DNA of 40,223 nt from Octopus bimaculoides (Eukaryota): NCBI RefSeq assembly GCF_001194135.2, contig NC_068981.1, positions 14,647,962 to 14,688,184 of the forward strand, given 5' to 3'. Positions 37,640-40,223 of this stretch are shown one piece after another; positions within the stretch are counted from its first letter, which is position 1; each line of letters starts with the position of its first letter. The notes under the pieces were generated by a model that was not told the origin of the DNA, made no database searches, and saw only the letters and a list, made by a program, of their open reading frames with translations. The translations under genes and the position numbers were made by a program.

Positions 37640-37763
37640 TGTGTTTACTTCTTTCTTTCTTCCATTCATTCTTTCTTTCTCTCTTTCTTCCTCTCTTTCT
37701 TTCTTTCCCTATTCTCCCCCTTCTATGTATGTAAGTATGTATGTGTGTATTTATATATGTATG

Positions 37764-37805
<42 letters not shown>
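37640..37805. repeat. (CTTT)n-like, (TATG)n and (TA)n compound microsatellite
   Basis: Direct. Confidence 0.85.
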
Positions 37806-37808
<3 letters not shown>

Positions 37809-38049
37809 GACACATAATTGAGCATATAAATGTATGTCTGTGTATATGTATATGTGTGTATATATATTTGTATATATGTATATACGCATTAATATATATG
37901 TGTGTGTCTACGTATGTATGTGCATATATACATATATATCTAACACATATGCATCTGTGCATGCATAAATATGTGTTTGTGTGTTTGTGTCTGTGTGTCT
38001 CTGTGCATTCGTGTGTGAGAACATGTATGTTGTTATTGGAAAATAATGT

Positions 38050-38127
38050 TTATTCCTTCATTCGCAGCTGCGACTGCAGTTCCACCAAATTCTGTTTACT
38101 GTCTGTAACCTTGTCACGTTCTTCGCG
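38050..38127 (-). CDS. Candidate coiled-coil-like terminal exon
   Basis: tctgtttatcag|REERDKVTDSKQNLVELQSQLRMKE*, with AATAAA overlapping the stop. No homology recognised. Confidence 0.25.
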   Translation of the reverse strand, partial: REERDKVTDSKQNLVELQSQLRMKE

Positions 38128-38661
38128 CTGATAAACAGATGATTTTGTCTAGTGAGGTGTCTCCTTGCCAGGGGTCAGTTTGTCTGCGGCATAGTATAAA
38201 GACATATTGTTTTTTGTCGATTCTGTTTAATACAAATCATAGTTTTAGCGCAACTCTTCAACAAGCAATGTAGCGTAAATGCATCTGCATCGGAGGTTCT
38301 AAACATGGTTATAGTTATATCATCGACTATTTAATTGCTTCTGAATCGGTAACAACTCATGATACACAATGGAACTGACCACACACTGATATGTATTTCT
38401 TTTGAATTTGAATTGGGTAGAGAGAATCAAAATTTCGTATTTAGGAGAAAATTGTTTATTTAAATTTTCAGGCTGGCATAAACCATATACTTGCAAACAT
38501 TATCTGTCTTCAGATTAAACATTCTTGTACAAAATGTTTATTTTACAACAGAAGTTTTAAAACGGCATTTGGTTTGCTTTTTCGTGCATATAATTTAACA
38601 TTGTGCAAATTCTGGCGGCGGATTTTATATGTACATCTGATTCGGAATGATTTACCTATAA

Positions 38662-38723
38662 AATAAGACATAAAGCATATAGAATAAAACATAAGCCATA
38701 TAGAATAAGACATAAGACAAGAA
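38662..38723. repeat. 21-bp degenerate tandem repeat, about 3 units
   Basis: aataagacataaagcatatag / aataaaacataagccatatag / aataagacataagacaagaa. Confidence 0.7.
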
Positions 38724-39354
38724 ATAACCAAGAAAAGACATGCTGAAAATATAAAATAAAACATTATCGCTTATTATGAATTTAGAATATAGAGAATAAA
38801 AGAAATATTATTAATCTCCATTGATGTATCAATATGCGCTTTCCATCGAATATGGCATCTCTCTTTCACACGCACAAGCCCGCGCACACACTCATACACA
38901 CACATTGTGTATAGCCACCTTCGTTATTTTATAATTTTCACATAGCCATTTTGCTGAATCAGCCATTGATTCATATATAAATACTATATACTGACAATCG
39001 GGAGATAAACAAACCACCCAGCGATAGAATAGTCATCACTGATGAGCTTTACTGATGTGCGATGGAGTAGCCACAACTGATCTCGTTGGTTGTGGGGCTG
39101 TTATCTCGCTGACAGTATATGGAAATCTGTTTCTTTGAAGCGAAGGGTCTTTCACTCTTATTTCTAGCAATGTAGGTGCTACATTGCGTGATTGGTCACA
39201 ATTAGTGACAACTGAATTTCTCCTTTTTTTCTTTTTATACTGCATATAGGCACTCCCTATTATTTTATAATTTTCACACACACACACATGCACAAACACA
39301 CTACACACACACATACACACGCATACACACGCACATACACACACACATACACAC

Positions 39355-39525
39355 TATTCAATTTCTTTTCTCCGTGTTTTTCTCCTTGTCTCCGTATTCT
39401 TTCTGTTGAAGAGCGTCGCTCGAAACGTCAAAGACTTTCCGTATTCCCGAGCGTCATACTAATACATCCGTTTGTTATTTACACCACCTGTCCTCGTCTG
39501 TTGTTGTTTTTTCGTACATTCTCCT
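39355..39525 (+). mobile_element. Short repeat-like element carrying a hammerhead-like motif, between (CA)n and (TA)n
   Basis: Hammerhead-like fold at its centre. The boundaries and its repeat status are inferred from context. Confidence 0.45.
39398..39434 (+). ncRNA. Minimal type I hammerhead-like motif, A6U core variant
   Basis: TCTTT-CTGTTGA-A-GAGC(gtc)GCTC-GAAA-C-GTC-AAAGA: stem I 5 of 5 pairs, stem II 4 of 4, palindromic ACGT stem III, GUC cleavage triplet. Confidence 0.62.
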
Positions 39526-39917
39526 ACATATATATATATATATATTTGTATGTAAGTATAACTGCTTTTAATTACTTTTTAAAACCAAAATGATAATACA
39601 GGTCTATGGAAATTTCTGTTGCCTAGTATTTCAATATCTCAGGTTTAGAACGACATCTTGAGGAAGTAAAAAGAAAAAAAATGTGTTGTTGTCTGATTTG
39701 ATGGACCCTTTTGCATTGCGATAGTAGCCAATCAGATGCATAGCTTCATTTATCCACAATATCCCCACGTTTCCTTCTGTAGCTATATTGAAAAGCGCGA
39801 TGGCTAGGTGTAACCTTTCTGTGTTTAAAATTTTTTTTTTTTTGAGGAAAGAAGCATTAGCATAGAGTTGTTCTTTAGCCTAGATGCGTATGAGTCCAGT
39901 GCTACCTCTGTTATAGT

Positions 39918-40223
39918 GGAAGCGCAATGACCCAGTGGTTAGAGCAGCGGACTCGCGGTCATAGGATCGCGGTTTCGATTCCCAGAACGGGCGTTGTGAG
40001 TGTTTATTGAGCGAAAACGCCTAAAGTTCCACTTTAGGGGATAGTGGCGAACCCTGCTGTACACTTTCACCACAACGTTCTCTCACTGTTTCTGTTGTGC
40101 CTTTAATTCAAAGAGCCAGCCTTGTCAACTGTGTCACGTTGAATATCCCCGAGAACTACGTTAAGGGTACACGTGTCTGTGGAGTGTTCAGCCACTTGCA
40201 CGTTAGTTTCACTAGCAGGCTGT
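39918..40223 (+). mobile_element. tRNA-derived SINE (family B), runs off the window end
   Basis: A-box-like tgacccagtggtt and B-box ggtttcgattccc, followed by a non-tRNA body of more than 230 bp, so not a tRNA gene. Confidence 0.85.

Overview
AT-rich, repeat-dense eukaryotic DNA from a fragmented short-read assembly. There are 9 N-gaps (943-1317, 3613-4204, 5830-6058, 10514-10594, 14530-14539, 19940-19949, 24883-25097, 27402-27494, 28520-28923), most bounded by microsatellites. The tRNA-derived SINE families and the microsatellite density look like octopus/cephalopod DNA; this is recalled similarity, not a database result. No intact protein-coding gene is demonstrable. Recognisable content is decayed transposable elements: a Tc1/mariner transposase, CR1-like, RTE-like and RLE-type (R4/Dong-like) LINE fragments, a Penelope GIY-YIG endonuclease, a Helitron Rep fragment, a hAT-like MITE and about 10 SINE copies of three types. 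The most interesting signal is minimal type I hammerhead ribozyme motifs: one in a tRNA-headed SINE-like element (8386-8431, -), a second unrelated one with an A6U core variant (39398-39434, +), and a decayed third just downstream of the Penelope ORF (20084-20123, -). A few weak candidate host exons on the minus strand are noted at low confidence.
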